DNA of 64,000 nucleotides, from the NCBI GenBank assembly GCA_022844165.1, contig JALHMH010000005.1, positions 64,001 through 128,000 on the forward strand, written 5' to 3'. The notes beneath the pieces are model-generated. The model worked only from the letters and a program-made list of their open reading frames with translations. It was not told the DNA's origin and did no database searches. The position numbers were made by a program, and so were the translations under genes. This document shows positions 9,381 through 19,268 of the stretch, piece by piece. This DNA is from Lysobacterales bacterium. Its GTDB lineage: Bacteria > Pseudomonadota > Gammaproteobacteria > Xanthomonadales > SZUA-5. Position 1 is the stretch's first letter. Each line of letters begins with the position of its first letter.

Positions 9381-11636
9381 TTATTCGAAGCCATTGGCGA
9401 AGAGATTGTCCGGCAGCGCACACTGGTTTTGCCATAAACAGGCGACCCACTCCGGGCGATCGATGAACGGGTTGCGATTGCCCTGGAAACCGAATACCAC
9501 TTCGTTGCGCAGCCGCTCCTGATTCGTTGGCGGATCGGCAAAGTGCCAGGCGATCAGCGTATTGAGCACACCCATGTAGGCCGTCGTTGCCACCTGATTA
9601 TTCGCCGTGGTCATGATGAGACTGCGGTTGTTGGTGGCGATCAGATCCGGCTCTGGTTGCGAGTTTGCATGCATGCCCCCCTCGTATCGTACGTCCATGT
9701 ACAAAATGGCGCGCGCCAGATCGCCCTTGCGGTCGAGCCAGACTTCGTAGGTACCGGTGTTGCCATCGTTACCGAGCTGCCAGTTGGAATTGCCGGGATA
9801 AGCGCCGGTGCCACCGCCACCACCATTGTTCACGTCCGTGGGATTTTCGGTTCCAGCGCACGTTGTGGTGCCGCAATTGTCGAAGGGCTTGTTGCCACGA
9901 TTGCTGTTGTAGTCCGAAGCAGAGGTGTACAGCATGTGCGCATCGACGTACGGCGAGTATGGATTGTTATTCGCATCAACGCCGGAAAGATCGTTGAATC
10001 CCAACGAGTTGGGCCAGGTGTGTTCGCGGTTGTAGGTTGCAGGTCCAGTTGCTCCGGAGCGATCCGTGATCTTCGTGTAGGTGCGATTGCGGTACACATC
10101 AAGCACCCGCGCGGGGTTGGCCGGGTCTTGATCGGCCGCCTCCAGGATATCCCACACATCGCAAAGCGCCGTGCTGGGCGCCGACAGGTTGCAGGTGTTG
10201 GTACTGATCGAATAACGATATGCCACGTGGTCGTCGATCAGCGTGTGCAGCGTCGTGCGCAGGGTCGTCGCATTGGTCGCATCGACGCTGGCGTAGTAAT
10301 CCAATGCCGACGCTGCCGTCGTGAAGTCGAACACATCGTCGGTGAGCATCGGATCGGGCGTGCCGTCGAGATCAACGATGAGCGTGTTCTCCAACGTCAC
10401 CACGCAGTTTTCCAGAAACTCGAGGTCGCCGTTGATATCCAGCGTATAGCTGACGGGTCCACCGCTGACCGCTGCCGTTCGCGCACCGGAGCTTGCACAT
10501 AGAATCTGATACCAGCTGCCCGTGACCGACACCGGTTCGCTGAAATTGATCGATACGTTCGTGCCGATCGGCACGTTGCCGGCATTGTCGAGTGGCACCG
10601 TGCTGACGACCGTGGGCGCAAGGTCCGCGACCACGGTGAAGTTGATCGGCACGTTCGCCGGCAGGTTGTCGGGTGATCCGTCGAGATCGGCCACCTGGGA
10701 TGCGATCACGGTCGCCGTGCACTGCTCGCCAAAAGCCAGCGGATTCGTTGGCTGCGCGGTGATGCTGGCGCCTGTGTTGACCGCCGTGGTCACCGCCACG
10801 GCGCCGCTGACGGTGCAGTTCAATGTCAGCCAGGTGGGACTGACCTGCACGGGCTCGCTAAACTGAACTCCGATGGATGTCGCGAGCGGCACATTGCTCG
10901 CATTGTTTGCCGGAAGCGATGAAACAAACTGCGGCGGAACATCTGGACCCGCACCACAACTTGCCTGGATATCATCGATTCCGATCAGCGCATCGACTCC
11001 CGCGGCATTTGTTGTGATCCAGCGGACCTGCACCTGCGGTGCGTTGAGATAAGTCGCGGGCATGGTGATCGAATAGGTCTGCGACGCCGTGCCATTGGCA
11101 TTGGCCACAAACCCGCCAGGCACATTGGCAAAATTGCCTGCCTCACCGACACGAGCCTGCAGTGCCACTGGCTGCACTGCCGTCGACAGCGTGTCAATGT
11201 CGCGCAGTCGGTAATCGACAATCAGTTGCGAACATCCCAACGTGTTCAGGCGAAGCAACAAAAATGGCGCATCGGCACTGCCGCTGCCCTGAAATGCGAT
11301 CGTCGGATTTCCGGCGATGTCCCCGCCCCCGACCACTTCGGCAAAACCGCCGCCAGAGTGGTTGCTGGCGTCCAGCACATCCGGCGTGACATTCAACGTA
11401 CCATTACCGAACGCCAGAACGGTTTGTGGGTCGACACCCGTGGCCATGGTCAGATCGCCGCCCAGATGCCCTTCCAAACTGGGCACACCCGACCAGTTGT
11501 CCATCGTTGCGATCAGTCCCGAGTTCGACCAATCTTGCGCGACAGGTCCACCCGACAACGCATGGTAGTTAGTATCGGCATGCGCGACAGCGGCGCCCAG
11601 CAGGCTCAGCGCCAGCAGCGTTCGAGTTAAGAACAT
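9381..11636 (-). CDS. Secreted endonuclease I (EndA/Bsn-like) with two Ig-like (Big_5-type) repeats and a C-terminal FANGFE tag
   Basis: Signal peptide MFLTRTLLALSLLGAAVAHA; two P..VS..P..NA.NVP....I...FSEPV repeats; NREHTWP, N..RGNKPF and QGNRNPFID nuclease motifs. Confidence 0.88.
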   Translation of the reverse strand: MFLTRTLLALSLLGAAVAHADTNYHALSGGPVAQDWSNSGLIATMDNWSGVPSLEGHLGGDLTMATGVDPQTVLAFGNGTLNVTPDVLDASNHSGGGFAEVVGGGDIAGNPTIAFQGSGSADAPFLLLRLNTLGCSQLIVDYRLRDIDTLSTAVQPVALQARVGEAGNFANVPGGFVANANGTASQTYSITMPATYLNAPQVQVRWITTNAAGVDALIGIDDIQASCGAGPDVPPQFVSSLPANNASNVPLATSIGVQFSEPVQVSPTWLTLNCTVSGAVAVTTAVNTGASITAQPTNPLAFGEQCTATVIASQVADLDGSPDNLPANVPINFTVVADLAPTVVSTVPLDNAGNVPIGTNVSINFSEPVSVTGSWYQILCASSGARTAAVSGGPVSYTLDINGDLEFLENCVVTLENTLIVDLDGTPDPMLTDDVFDFTTAASALDYYASVDATNATTLRTTLHTLIDDHVAYRYSISTNTCNLSAPSTALCDVWDILEAADQDPANPARVLDVYRNRTYTKITDRSGATGPATYNREHTWPNSLGFNDLSGVDANNNPYSPYVDAHMLYTSASDYNSNRGNKPFDNCGTTTCAGTENPTDVNNGGGGGTGAYPGNSNWQLGNDGNTGTYEVWLDRKGDLARAILYMDVRYEGGMHANSQPEPDLIATNNRSLIMTTANNQVATTAYMGVLNTLIAWHFADPPTNQERLRNEVVFGFQGNRNPFIDRPEWVACLWQNQCALPDNLFANGFE

Positions 11637-11706
11637 CGGAATTGACCAAGCGGATCGGGGCGCGGAGTCTACGCGCGCAGTTTGACGAAGCAAAGACACC
11701 ACACTA

Positions 11707-12594
11707 GTGACCGCCAGGCAAGAACTTTCGATCACTCTGGACGCCGTTATCTTCGCGGTGACCGACGATGCGCCACGTGTTCTCACCGTCGGCGACGATC
11801 GGCCCAGTTTGCCGTCTGGACCTCTGGAACTCGACCAGCATCCGACGTTGGAACGCGGCATTCGCCAGTTCGTGGCAGACCAGGCGGGTCTGGCGCTGGG
11901 CTATGTCGAGCAGTTGTACACTTTCGGCGATCGCGCTCGACAAGAGACCGGCCCGCGTGCACTTTCGATTGCCTATCTGGCTCTGCTGCGCGAAGGTGCG
12001 GCAACGTTGCCGGGCGCTATCTGGCGCAACGTCTATGCGTTTTTGCCTTGGGAGGACTGGCGCGACGGCCCACCCGAGATGATCGGCGCTCAGATCGTGC
12101 CCGCGCTGGACCAGTGGGCAGCAGCTCACCCTTCGCGCGGCGAGCGCTTGGCGCAGTGTTTTGGAATTGCCGGTCGACCATGGAACCGCGAGCGCGTGCT
12201 CGAACGCTATGAACTGATGTGGGAGGCAGGACTCCTGGCGGAAAACGGCGGCAAAGGCGATGTCGGTCTGGCCATGGCCCGCGACCATCGACGCATGCTC
12301 GCGACTGCATTGGGGCGTTTACGCGGCAAGCTCAAGTACCGACCGGTGGTCTTCGAACTTTTGCCGTCGACCTTTACCTTGAGCGAACTGCAAAACTGTG
12401 TGGAAGCACTCGCTGGACGATCGCTGCATACGCAGAACTTTCGACGCTTGATCGCAGAAGCGCAATTGGTCGCGCCGACCGGCGCGTCCGTACAACAGAA
12501 TCGAGGCCGGCCGGCAAGCCTGTATTCGTTCCGTCGCGAGGTCCTGAACGAACGGCCAGCGCCAGGCGTCGCGATGCCGCGCAACGGCGGCTAA
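11707..12594 (+). CDS. Nudix-related NAD regulator, NadQ/NrtR-like (Nudix + winged helix)
   Basis: LPSGP, LGYVEQLYTFGDR, PWEDWR, ERYEL.WEAGL, DHRRMLATA..RLRGKLKYRP..FEL, NFRR. Confidence 0.8.
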   Translation: MTARQELSITLDAVIFAVTDDAPRVLTVGDDRPSLPSGPLELDQHPTLERGIRQFVADQAGLALGYVEQLYTFGDRARQETGPRALSIAYLALLREGAATLPGAIWRNVYAFLPWEDWRDGPPEMIGAQIVPALDQWAAAHPSRGERLAQCFGIAGRPWNRERVLERYELMWEAGLLAENGGKGDVGLAMARDHRRMLATALGRLRGKLKYRPVVFELLPSTFTLSELQNCVEALAGRSLHTQNFRRLIAEAQLVAPTGASVQQNRGRPASLYSFRREVLNERPAPGVAMPRNGG

Positions 12595-12601
12595 ACTCCG
12601 A

Positions 12602-13219
12602 TCAACGGCTGCGCTGTACGCCGATGGTGATCGCGCCTATCTGGTTATAGGGTTCGCTGTTCAGCAGTTTTGGATCGGCGTGCACCGCCATCGCAAACGG
12701 CGTTGCGTCCTGGCCAAAGAACAGATCGCCAGCGACTTCCAGTGTCGGCACGCCAAACACGCCTCGCGCCAGCGCCGCTTCGGTATTGTTCTTGAGCGCG
12801 TCCTTGACCTGAGGATCGGCAAGCCGGTCCAACGGCACGCCAAGTTCGTCGGCGATCTTTGCCAGCGACTCCGGCGTACTATCCCCGCCACGCCAAATGT
12901 AATTCAGCACCCGATCTGTGGCCGCCACGGTGCTGCCGGCAGCAATAACCAGACGCAGCGCCTGTAGCGGGTTGAACGGATGCACAGCGGGAAACGACAG
13001 TGGGAAACCCAGTTCTTTGGCGCGCCAGTGCACGTAGCGATAGGTGAACTCGCGCTTGCCCGGAATTTCCGCCGGGCCTAGTTGGCCGATGTGCGTCAGA
13101 ACGACGCCCAACAACACTGGCACAGGCTGCAATTCGACCTGCGGCCAATCGCGCCTCAGCCACCGCCATTGCAGATATGCAAACGGCGACAGCACATCGA
13201 AATACCAGCGAAGACTCAT
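12602..13219 (-). CDS. 2-hydroxychromene-2-carboxylate isomerase / DsbA-like (GST kappa) protein
   Basis: WYFDVLSPFAYL N-terminus and GVFGVPT...FFGQD C-terminus; ATG overlaps the upstream stop. Confidence 0.85.
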   Translation of the reverse strand: MSLRWYFDVLSPFAYLQWRWLRRDWPQVELQPVPVLLGVVLTHIGQLGPAEIPGKREFTYRYVHWRAKELGFPLSFPAVHPFNPLQALRLVIAAGSTVAATDRVLNYIWRGGDSTPESLAKIADELGVPLDRLADPQVKDALKNNTEAALARGVFGVPTLEVAGDLFFGQDATPFAMAVHADPKLLNSEPYNQIGAITIGVQRSR

Positions 13220-14055
13220 CGTGAATTCTCCAAGTGGGCGCACAGCAGTTGCCCGGCGCCATAGTGCGATTGCCAACCTAAAACTCGCTGCGCCAGCGAC
13301 GCATCGTATATCCGATCGATGCGTTGCGGCAATTTCCAGTGCCGCGCCTCGAAAGCGGCAGCGACTTCTGGCGCACGATGCCGTATGACGGCTGTGGCAT
13401 CGCGGTACAACATGGATGCATCCTCGCGTACGAATGGCGTCTTTGCAGAGACCACATAACAACGATAACCGGTTTGCGATTGCTGCAACGCCAGCGCGTG
13501 CGCAGTTGCAACGTCGCGCGCATCCACGCCGCGATGCAGTCGATAGACAATCATCTCCGCAATCGACTCGGGAAAACAGCGCGACATGCGCAGGCTGGTC
13601 ACACTCAGTCCCCACTCAACACTGGCCTGACGCAAGACTTGCTCTGCTGCCAGTTTGGTGCGGTGATAAATCGTCTGCGGCTCAGCAGGTGTTTCTTCGT
13701 CCACCCATAACGCCTCGCGAGTGGCTTGCGCACCTGCACCATAAAGTGCCGTGGTGCTGGTATAGATCATGCGCCGAACGCCGCCTTGCGCCGCGCATCG
13801 GATCAAGTGTTCCGTCGCTTCGACGTTGATGCGCCAGAACCGATCCTCGGGCACGATGCCGACATGCGGCGCGTGCAACGCGGCGCTGTGAATCACCGCG
13901 TCGACACCTTCGAAGTCGTCGGGTCGTAAGTCGAACACATCGCGCGGCTGCGGCGCAGCCAGGTCGATGCCCACAACATCGATTCCACGTGATTGCAGTT
14001 CAGCATCTATTGCACAGCCGACCCGCCCCGCACTACCGGTCAGCAATACCCTCAA
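13216..14055 (-). CDS. NAD-dependent epimerase/dehydratase
   Basis: TGSAGRVG Rossmann motif, YTSTTALYG, YxxxK (YHRTK). Confidence 0.88.
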   Translation of the reverse strand: MRVLLTGSAGRVGCAIDAELQSRGIDVVGIDLAAPQPRDVFDLRPDDFEGVDAVIHSAALHAPHVGIVPEDRFWRINVEATEHLIRCAAQGGVRRMIYTSTTALYGAGAQATREALWVDEETPAEPQTIYHRTKLAAEQVLRQASVEWGLSVTSLRMSRCFPESIAEMIVYRLHRGVDARDVATAHALALQQSQTGYRCYVVSAKTPFVREDASMLYRDATAVIRHRAPEVAAAFEARHWKLPQRIDRIYDASLAQRVLGWQSHYGAGQLLCAHLENSR

Positions 14056-15098
14056 GCGAACGCACCGCGCAGTTTTTCCACGTCCGGAGCCATGACCACT
14101 CCGCGTTCGGTGACAATGGCGTCGATCAATCGCGCGGGGGTGACGTCGAATACTGGATTGAACGCTGTCACACCATGCGCCGCAATCTGCTGTCCGGCAT
14201 AGTCGGTAAGCTCTCTTTGATCGCGCTGTTCGACGTGGATTTCACTGCCCTCAAGCGTTCCGAAGTCGACCGTCGAGGTCGGCGCCACCACCATCACGCG
14301 AACCCCAAACTGTCTGGCCGCACACGCCAGACTTAGAGTGCCGATTTTGTTTGCCGTATCGCCATTGGCGCAGATCCGGTCGGCGCCGACAATCACCCAC
14401 TGAACCTGCCCAAGCGACATCACATAGGCGCCCGCGCCATCGGCAATCAGCGCCGCTGGAATGCCATCTTCGAGTAGCTCCCATGCCGTCAGCCGCGCGC
14501 CCTGCAGCCACGGCCGTGTCTCGCCGGCGTACACACGCGCAACGCGGCCATCGGCAAATCCCGCGCGAATAACGCCCAGTGCCGTTCCCAGTCCTGCCGT
14601 CGCCAGCGAACCGGTATTGCAATGCGTCAGAACACCAGATCCCGGCTCAATCAAGCCAGCACCAAGGATCGCCATCGCGTAGTTTGCTGCAAGGTCTTCC
14701 GCTTCAATGGCCTTTGCTTCAACGAGAGCCCGATCAACATCGGGTTGATCGGCCAACGCCGCGCGCATGCGATCCACCGCCCACATCAGATTGACGGCTG
14801 TCGGCCGGGCCGCGCGCAAGTTCTCGGCGGCAGCGATGAACGCCGTTGTTTGCTGACCCGGTGGTAACAACGCACATTCGCGCGCAGCCAAGACCAGGCC
14901 ATAGGCCGCGGCGATGCCGATGGCCGGTGCGCCGCGAACAATCAGCGCCCGAATGGCGTGCGCCACCTCCAAACTCGATGACAAAGCATGCCATTGTGTT
15001 TGCAGCGGCAAAGCTCGTTGATCGAGCAAATGCAGTGCGCCTTCTTGCCAGCGTAGCGCTCGTACGCGATCGAATCCTCGCAAACTGTCACATTGCAT
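14052..15098 (-). CDS. mtnA: S-methyl-5-thioribose-1-phosphate isomerase
   Basis: [65 protein letters not shown]. Confidence 0.95.
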   Translation of the reverse strand: MQCDSLRGFDRVRALRWQEGALHLLDQRALPLQTQWHALSSSLEVAHAIRALIVRGAPAIGIAAAYGLVLAARECALLPPGQQTTAFIAAAENLRAARPTAVNLMWAVDRMRAALADQPDVDRALVEAKAIEAEDLAANYAMAILGAGLIEPGSGVLTHCNTGSLATAGLGTALGVIRAGFADGRVARVYAGETRPWLQGARLTAWELLEDGIPAALIADGAGAYVMSLGQVQWVIVGADRICANGDTANKIGTLSLACAARQFGVRVMVVAPTSTVDFGTLEGSEIHVEQRDQRELTDYAGQQIAAHGVTAFNPVFDVTPARLIDAIVTERGVVMAPDVEKLRGAFA

Positions 15099-15172
15099 CC
15101 TGCACCTCAAAAGATCGACAACGTTTAAAGCGTATTGGTATATCTTTAGGCGATTACGCGTTTGGGGTTGCC

Positions 15173-15952
15173 ATGCGAGCATTTCAGAACGAAGATCGCG
15201 CCAGCCTGCGGCCCGACCATCCTTCGCCGCTCTACCACCAGTTGTACGCTTTGGTGAAGCGCAAAATCGAAGGCGGCGACTTGCGCCAGGGCGCACTGAT
15301 TCCGGCAGAAAAGGATCTCGCCCAGTTCTTCGGCGTTTCGCGCATTACCGTCAAACGTGCGCTGGATGACCTCGAGAGCGAAGGCTACCTGAGCCGCCAT
15401 CGTGGCCGTGGCACGCATGTTACCTACAAATACGAACCGAAAGTGTTACGCGCACCGCTCGACAGCATGCTCGACAGTCTGGCGGTGATGGGGCGCGAAA
15501 CTCAGGTCAAACTGATCGACTTCGCACGCGTCGCGCCGCCACCGTATGTCGTGGACGGTTTGCGCCTGTTGCCCGACCAATGGGTCGATCGCGCGCTGCG
15601 CGTGCGCTCGAGCGACGGCCTGCCATTTGCACACTACACCAGCTGGACCGTGCCGATCGGACCTGGGCTGACTCAGGAAGCACTGCAATCATCAAGTCGT
15701 CTCGACCTGTTTCGGCGCCTGGGCGTGCATCTGAAAGACGTCGATCAGGTGATCAGCGCAATTGCCGCCGACACGACACTCGCACAACGCCTGGTCGTGC
15801 GCGCGGGCGACCCTTTGCTGCAAGTGACACGCATCTCCAGCGATCAACGCGGAAGACCCATCGACTATCTCGTCGGCGTATATCGTCCCGATCGTTTTCA
15901 GTACCACATGAAACTTTCGGCCTCGGATGTACTGGTACGAGGCAAACGATGA
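15173..15952 (+). CDS. GntR-family (HutC/UTRA) transcriptional regulator
   Basis: [35 protein letters not shown]; UTRA-like C-terminus. Confidence 0.9.
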   Translation: MRAFQNEDRASLRPDHPSPLYHQLYALVKRKIEGGDLRQGALIPAEKDLAQFFGVSRITVKRALDDLESEGYLSRHRGRGTHVTYKYEPKVLRAPLDSMLDSLAVMGRETQVKLIDFARVAPPPYVVDGLRLLPDQWVDRALRVRSSDGLPFAHYTSWTVPIGPGLTQEALQSSSRLDLFRRLGVHLKDVDQVISAIAADTTLAQRLVVRAGDPLLQVTRISSDQRGRPIDYLVGVYRPDRFQYHMKLSASDVLVRGKR

Positions 15953-17205
15953 TGACGCTGGCACAGAAGATCATCGCGCGGGCCGCGGGCGTGGCGACGG
16001 TTGCCGATGGAGAAATCGTCACGTGCCAGGTCGACCTGGCCATGATGCACGACTCCGGCGGCCCACGACGCGTCGATGGCAAACTGCGTGAATTGGGCGT
16101 CGGCGTATGGGATCCAGACAAAGTCGTTGTCGTCAGCGATCACTACGTTCCCGCCGTCGACGCCGACAGCGCGGAAATTCTGGCCTTCACACGCGGCTGG
16201 GTCGCCGAGCGCGGCATTCGCCACTTTTACGACATGCGTGGCATTTGTCATGTGGTGCTGCAAGAGCATGGCCATTTGCGGCCGGGCATGTTCGCTGTCG
16301 GCGGCGATTCGCATTCGCCATCGGGTGGTGCCGTAGGCGCCTTCATGGTCGGCATTGGCGCAACGGAAATGGCCGGTGTTCTGGCAACCGGCGAAATCTG
16401 GATTCGAGTGCCGCAAACACTGCGCATCGAACTGACGGACGCCTTGTGTGATGGTGTTTCCAGCAAGGATGTGCTCCTGCATTTGTGCGCAACGCTCGGC
16501 ATGAACAACGACTACCTTTGCATCGAATATGCTGGCAGCGCGATCGCAGACTTTTCGATGCAAGAGCGTTTGACCCTGTGCAACATGGCGGCAGAACTGG
16601 GCGGCAAGACCGGCATCGTGGCACCGGACAGGTGCACTTACGATGCACTTACCGCCATTGGGGTGGAAACTGCGTCGAGCACCCATTGGCGTAGCGACGA
16701 TGGTGCCGCGGCGCGGGTACATCGCGTCGCACTCGGCGAACTCGCACCGCACGTCGCCGCGCCACATAGTCCGGCCAATTCGGCTTCGGTCGAGTCCTTC
16801 GTCGGTACGCGTATCGATCAGGCTTACATCGGCGCCTGCACCGGCGCCAAACTCGAAGATCTGCACATGGCGGCGCGGATGTTGCGCGGCCGGCAAGTGG
16901 CCCGGAGCGTGCGCTTACTGATCGCACCGGCATCGACACAAACCACCGCTCAAGCAGCACGCGACGGCACCCTGCAAATCCTCACGGAAGCTGGGGCAAT
17001 CTTGTTGCCGAGCGGCTGTGGCGCGTGCGCCGGACTGGGTGCGGGTGTGTTGGCGAAGAACGAAGTCTGCATTGCATCGACCGCACGCAATTTTAAGGGC
17101 CGCATGGGCTCGGCCGAGAGCCGCGTCTATCTGGGCTCACCATTCACTGTCGCAGCGTCAGCGCTCGCCGGCGCCATCGCCGATCCACGGGAATTGCTGC
17201 GGTGA
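15949..17205 (+). CDS. Aconitase-family (LeuC/HacA/DmdA-like) hydratase large subunit
   Basis: TLAQKI, DH, GICH, GDSHS, CNMAAELG, [4Fe-4S] ligands GACT and GCGAC, ST.RNF.GRMG; ATGA overlap with gntR. Confidence 0.88.
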   Translation: MMTLAQKIIARAAGVATVADGEIVTCQVDLAMMHDSGGPRRVDGKLRELGVGVWDPDKVVVVSDHYVPAVDADSAEILAFTRGWVAERGIRHFYDMRGICHVVLQEHGHLRPGMFAVGGDSHSPSGGAVGAFMVGIGATEMAGVLATGEIWIRVPQTLRIELTDALCDGVSSKDVLLHLCATLGMNNDYLCIEYAGSAIADFSMQERLTLCNMAAELGGKTGIVAPDRCTYDALTAIGVETASSTHWRSDDGAAARVHRVALGELAPHVAAPHSPANSASVESFVGTRIDQAYIGACTGAKLEDLHMAARMLRGRQVARSVRLLIAPASTQTTAQAARDGTLQILTEAGAILLPSGCGACAGLGAGVLAKNEVCIASTARNFKGRMGSAESRVYLGSPFTVAASALAGAIADPRELLR

Positions 17206-17705
17206 TCCGCGGTCGCGCCTTTGTATACGGCGATCAGATCGATACCGATGTGCTCGCCCCGGGCGCCTACATGAAGCGGCCGATCGCAGAGTTGGCGCAG
17301 CACTGCCTGGCGGCAATCGACCCCGACTTCGCAGTGTCAGTCGTGCGCGGAGACGTGATCGTCGCCGGATACGGGTTCGGTATTGGTTCCTCGCGCGAGC
17401 AGGCAGCGCAGGCTCTGGTGCAGCTCGGCGTTGGCTGCGTGCTCGCCAAATCCTTCGCGCGAATCTTCTATCGCAACGCGCTAAATCTGGGGCTACCAGT
17501 GCTGGTGCTCGATAGCGAGCACAGCATTCAACGCGGCGAGCGCCTCGAAGTTCAACTTGAAACGGGGCGCGTGAAGTTGATCGACAAGAGTATCGAACTT
17601 CACGCGCAGCCCATTCCGGCGTTTTTGCAAACTCTGTTGGCCGACGGGGGCCTCATCCCGCACCTGAAAAAGCGCTTCGCGTCGGCGCAGAACTACCAGC
17701 GATAG
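17202..17705 (+). CDS. LeuD/HacB/DmdB-like hydratase small subunit
   Basis: GDQIDTD, FGIGSSRE.A, SFARIFYRNA.N.G, GGL. Confidence 0.88.
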   Translation: MIRGRAFVYGDQIDTDVLAPGAYMKRPIAELAQHCLAAIDPDFAVSVVRGDVIVAGYGFGIGSSREQAAQALVQLGVGCVLAKSFARIFYRNALNLGLPVLVLDSEHSIQRGERLEVQLETGRVKLIDKSIELHAQPIPAFLQTLLADGGLIPHLKKRFASAQNYQR

Positions 17706-19183
17706 CGTACCGTGTAGCGCACTTTGCTTGTACCATCTGCAGGTATGGACAGGTTGAAATCCATTGTCTGCGCGTCGCGTTTGTCGCCCTTGTGCGAAGT
17801 CTGCACGATCTCCCAACCGCTCCAGCGATAGAAGTACTCGCGCACAACCACCTCAGCGGGTGTCTTCTTGCGGTTCCGGACCTCGATCTCGAAGGTCTCA
17901 GTGATCGTGCGACCGCCGCTGTCCAGGTTAAAATCAACTTGTTTGCGCTCACCAACGATATCGAACGACGTACCGAGCTTGATGCGCAGCTTCTCATTGC
18001 GCGGCGTGTGCGCGATCGCGTCTTCGCCGATAAATTCCAACGAGCCGTCGGCAGCCGCCTGGTTCACGCGAATGCGTCCGGCCGGCAGTGGCATACCCAT
18101 TTTGTTTTCGGCCCGATTCTGGAACTCCAGGAACGCGCCCACCTCACCCTTGTGCGTAGCACCGAGCCCCTGGTCCATATTCGGGCCGCCGCCCCAGAGC
18201 GGATAGTTGAACGGGCTTGAAGTGAACACCAGTTGTTTCTTGCAGCCTACGCCGACGGAGGCTGGAAAAAGCTCGAGCTGCTTGGTGGAATTCTCCGGCA
18301 AATCGCTGCGGCGCCCGAGCGTGTAAAGGTGATACTCGAACAACTCCGATTCCTGGAAGCCTTCGTCTTCTGGTGCCGCCATTGCAACCATTTTTTCCAT
18401 GCGCATCCCGCCCGGCGCAGGCGCGGCTGGCGCCCGGTTCACTTCCCCAGCAACCAGTTTCAGTTTCGCCTGGGGATAACTGGCGCCAGACTGATTCACA
18501 ATCGTCACCCAGGCCGCCAGATCCATCGTGCATCCGCCCTCGCGTTCGTTGAGCGTGACGTTGTAATCCGCCCACCAGGTCATGCCGCGGGTTTGGTAGG
18601 CGACTTGCGCATCGTGCTCGCCACCGCGAGCGCTGTCGGTCAACCAAACAAGCGTTGGGCGGGTGATCAAACCGCCCGGCAGCGAGGGGAACCGCACATG
18701 ATCGTATCGCGTTAGCGAACTGACTTCGCCGGACTCCGATTGCAGCAAGATGGCACCCTTCGTGCCGAGCAGTGTACCGTTGATCCGTTCGATTTCCGTG
18801 CCGTTGGCGCGTTCGACAGTGATCGTCTGGCCGATGTACTTGTCCATCAGCTTCTCGGCGCTGACCAGATCGAACTGAAAGTTCTGCTCGAGTACGCGCG
18901 TGCCATTCGGATCGGTCAGCGACGCAAAACTGACGGTTGTGGCATCGATCAACTTGGCAACATCGGTGAATCGGACTTCTCCCCTGCCCTGCGGCACCGC
19001 CATGGTTCGCCGATCGCGGACCAAAGCGTAACCTGGCAACCCGGTGGCACCGTAGTTGGCGAGCGCATTGACATCCACCTGACCCGGTCGCGCCGAGCTG
19101 TAAATGGTCAATGTGTAATCGGGGCTTGCTGCATTAGATGCTGAGGTCATGGCCATGGCGATTGCAAGAGAGAGGGTGCGCAT
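17693..19183 (-). CDS. Exported DUF4139-domain (MuiA-like) protein
   Basis: Signal peptide; LTIY...ALVRD.R, EQNF.FDL, W.ADY, YHLY.L, PLPAG.IRV, FIGED.I.HTP, GTSFD motifs. Confidence 0.75.
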   Translation of the reverse strand: MRTLSLAIAMAMTSASNAASPDYTLTIYSSARPGQVDVNALANYGATGLPGYALVRDRRTMAVPQGRGEVRFTDVAKLIDATTVSFASLTDPNGTRVLEQNFQFDLVSAEKLMDKYIGQTITVERANGTEIERINGTLLGTKGAILLQSESGEVSSLTRYDHVRFPSLPGGLITRPTLVWLTDSARGGEHDAQVAYQTRGMTWWADYNVTLNEREGGCTMDLAAWVTIVNQSGASYPQAKLKLVAGEVNRAPAAPAPGGMRMEKMVAMAAPEDEGFQESELFEYHLYTLGRRSDLPENSTKQLELFPASVGVGCKKQLVFTSSPFNYPLWGGGPNMDQGLGATHKGEVGAFLEFQNRAENKMGMPLPAGRIRVNQAAADGSLEFIGEDAIAHTPRNEKLRIKLGTSFDIVGERKQVDFNLDSGGRTITETFEIEVRNRKKTPAEVVVREYFYRWSGWEIVQTSHKGDKRDAQTMDFNLSIPADGTSKVRYTVRYRW

Positions 19184-19211
19184 AATGATTTCCTGGTCGG
19201 TGACTCCATGT

Positions 19212-19241
19212 TAGAACGAATAGAGCGGCAAATTGGGGTTA
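19212..19241 (-). promoter_or_regulatory. Putative ECF sigma promoter TAACCCC-N16-CGTTCTA for the DUF4139 gene
   Basis: Minus strand reads TAACCCC aatttgccgctctatt CGTTCTA, ending about 28 nt before the ATG. Confidence 0.5.
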
Positions 19242-19268
19242 GATTTCGCACCACTCGGCCAATGCAGG

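Noticed and set aside
9543-10502. Long alternative ORFs, e.g. 9543-10502(+), 15898-16896(-), 37749-38729(-), 41241-42173(+), 59192-60235(-)
   Set aside because: Antisense shadows of well-supported genes, expected in high-GC DNA; no recognisable motifs
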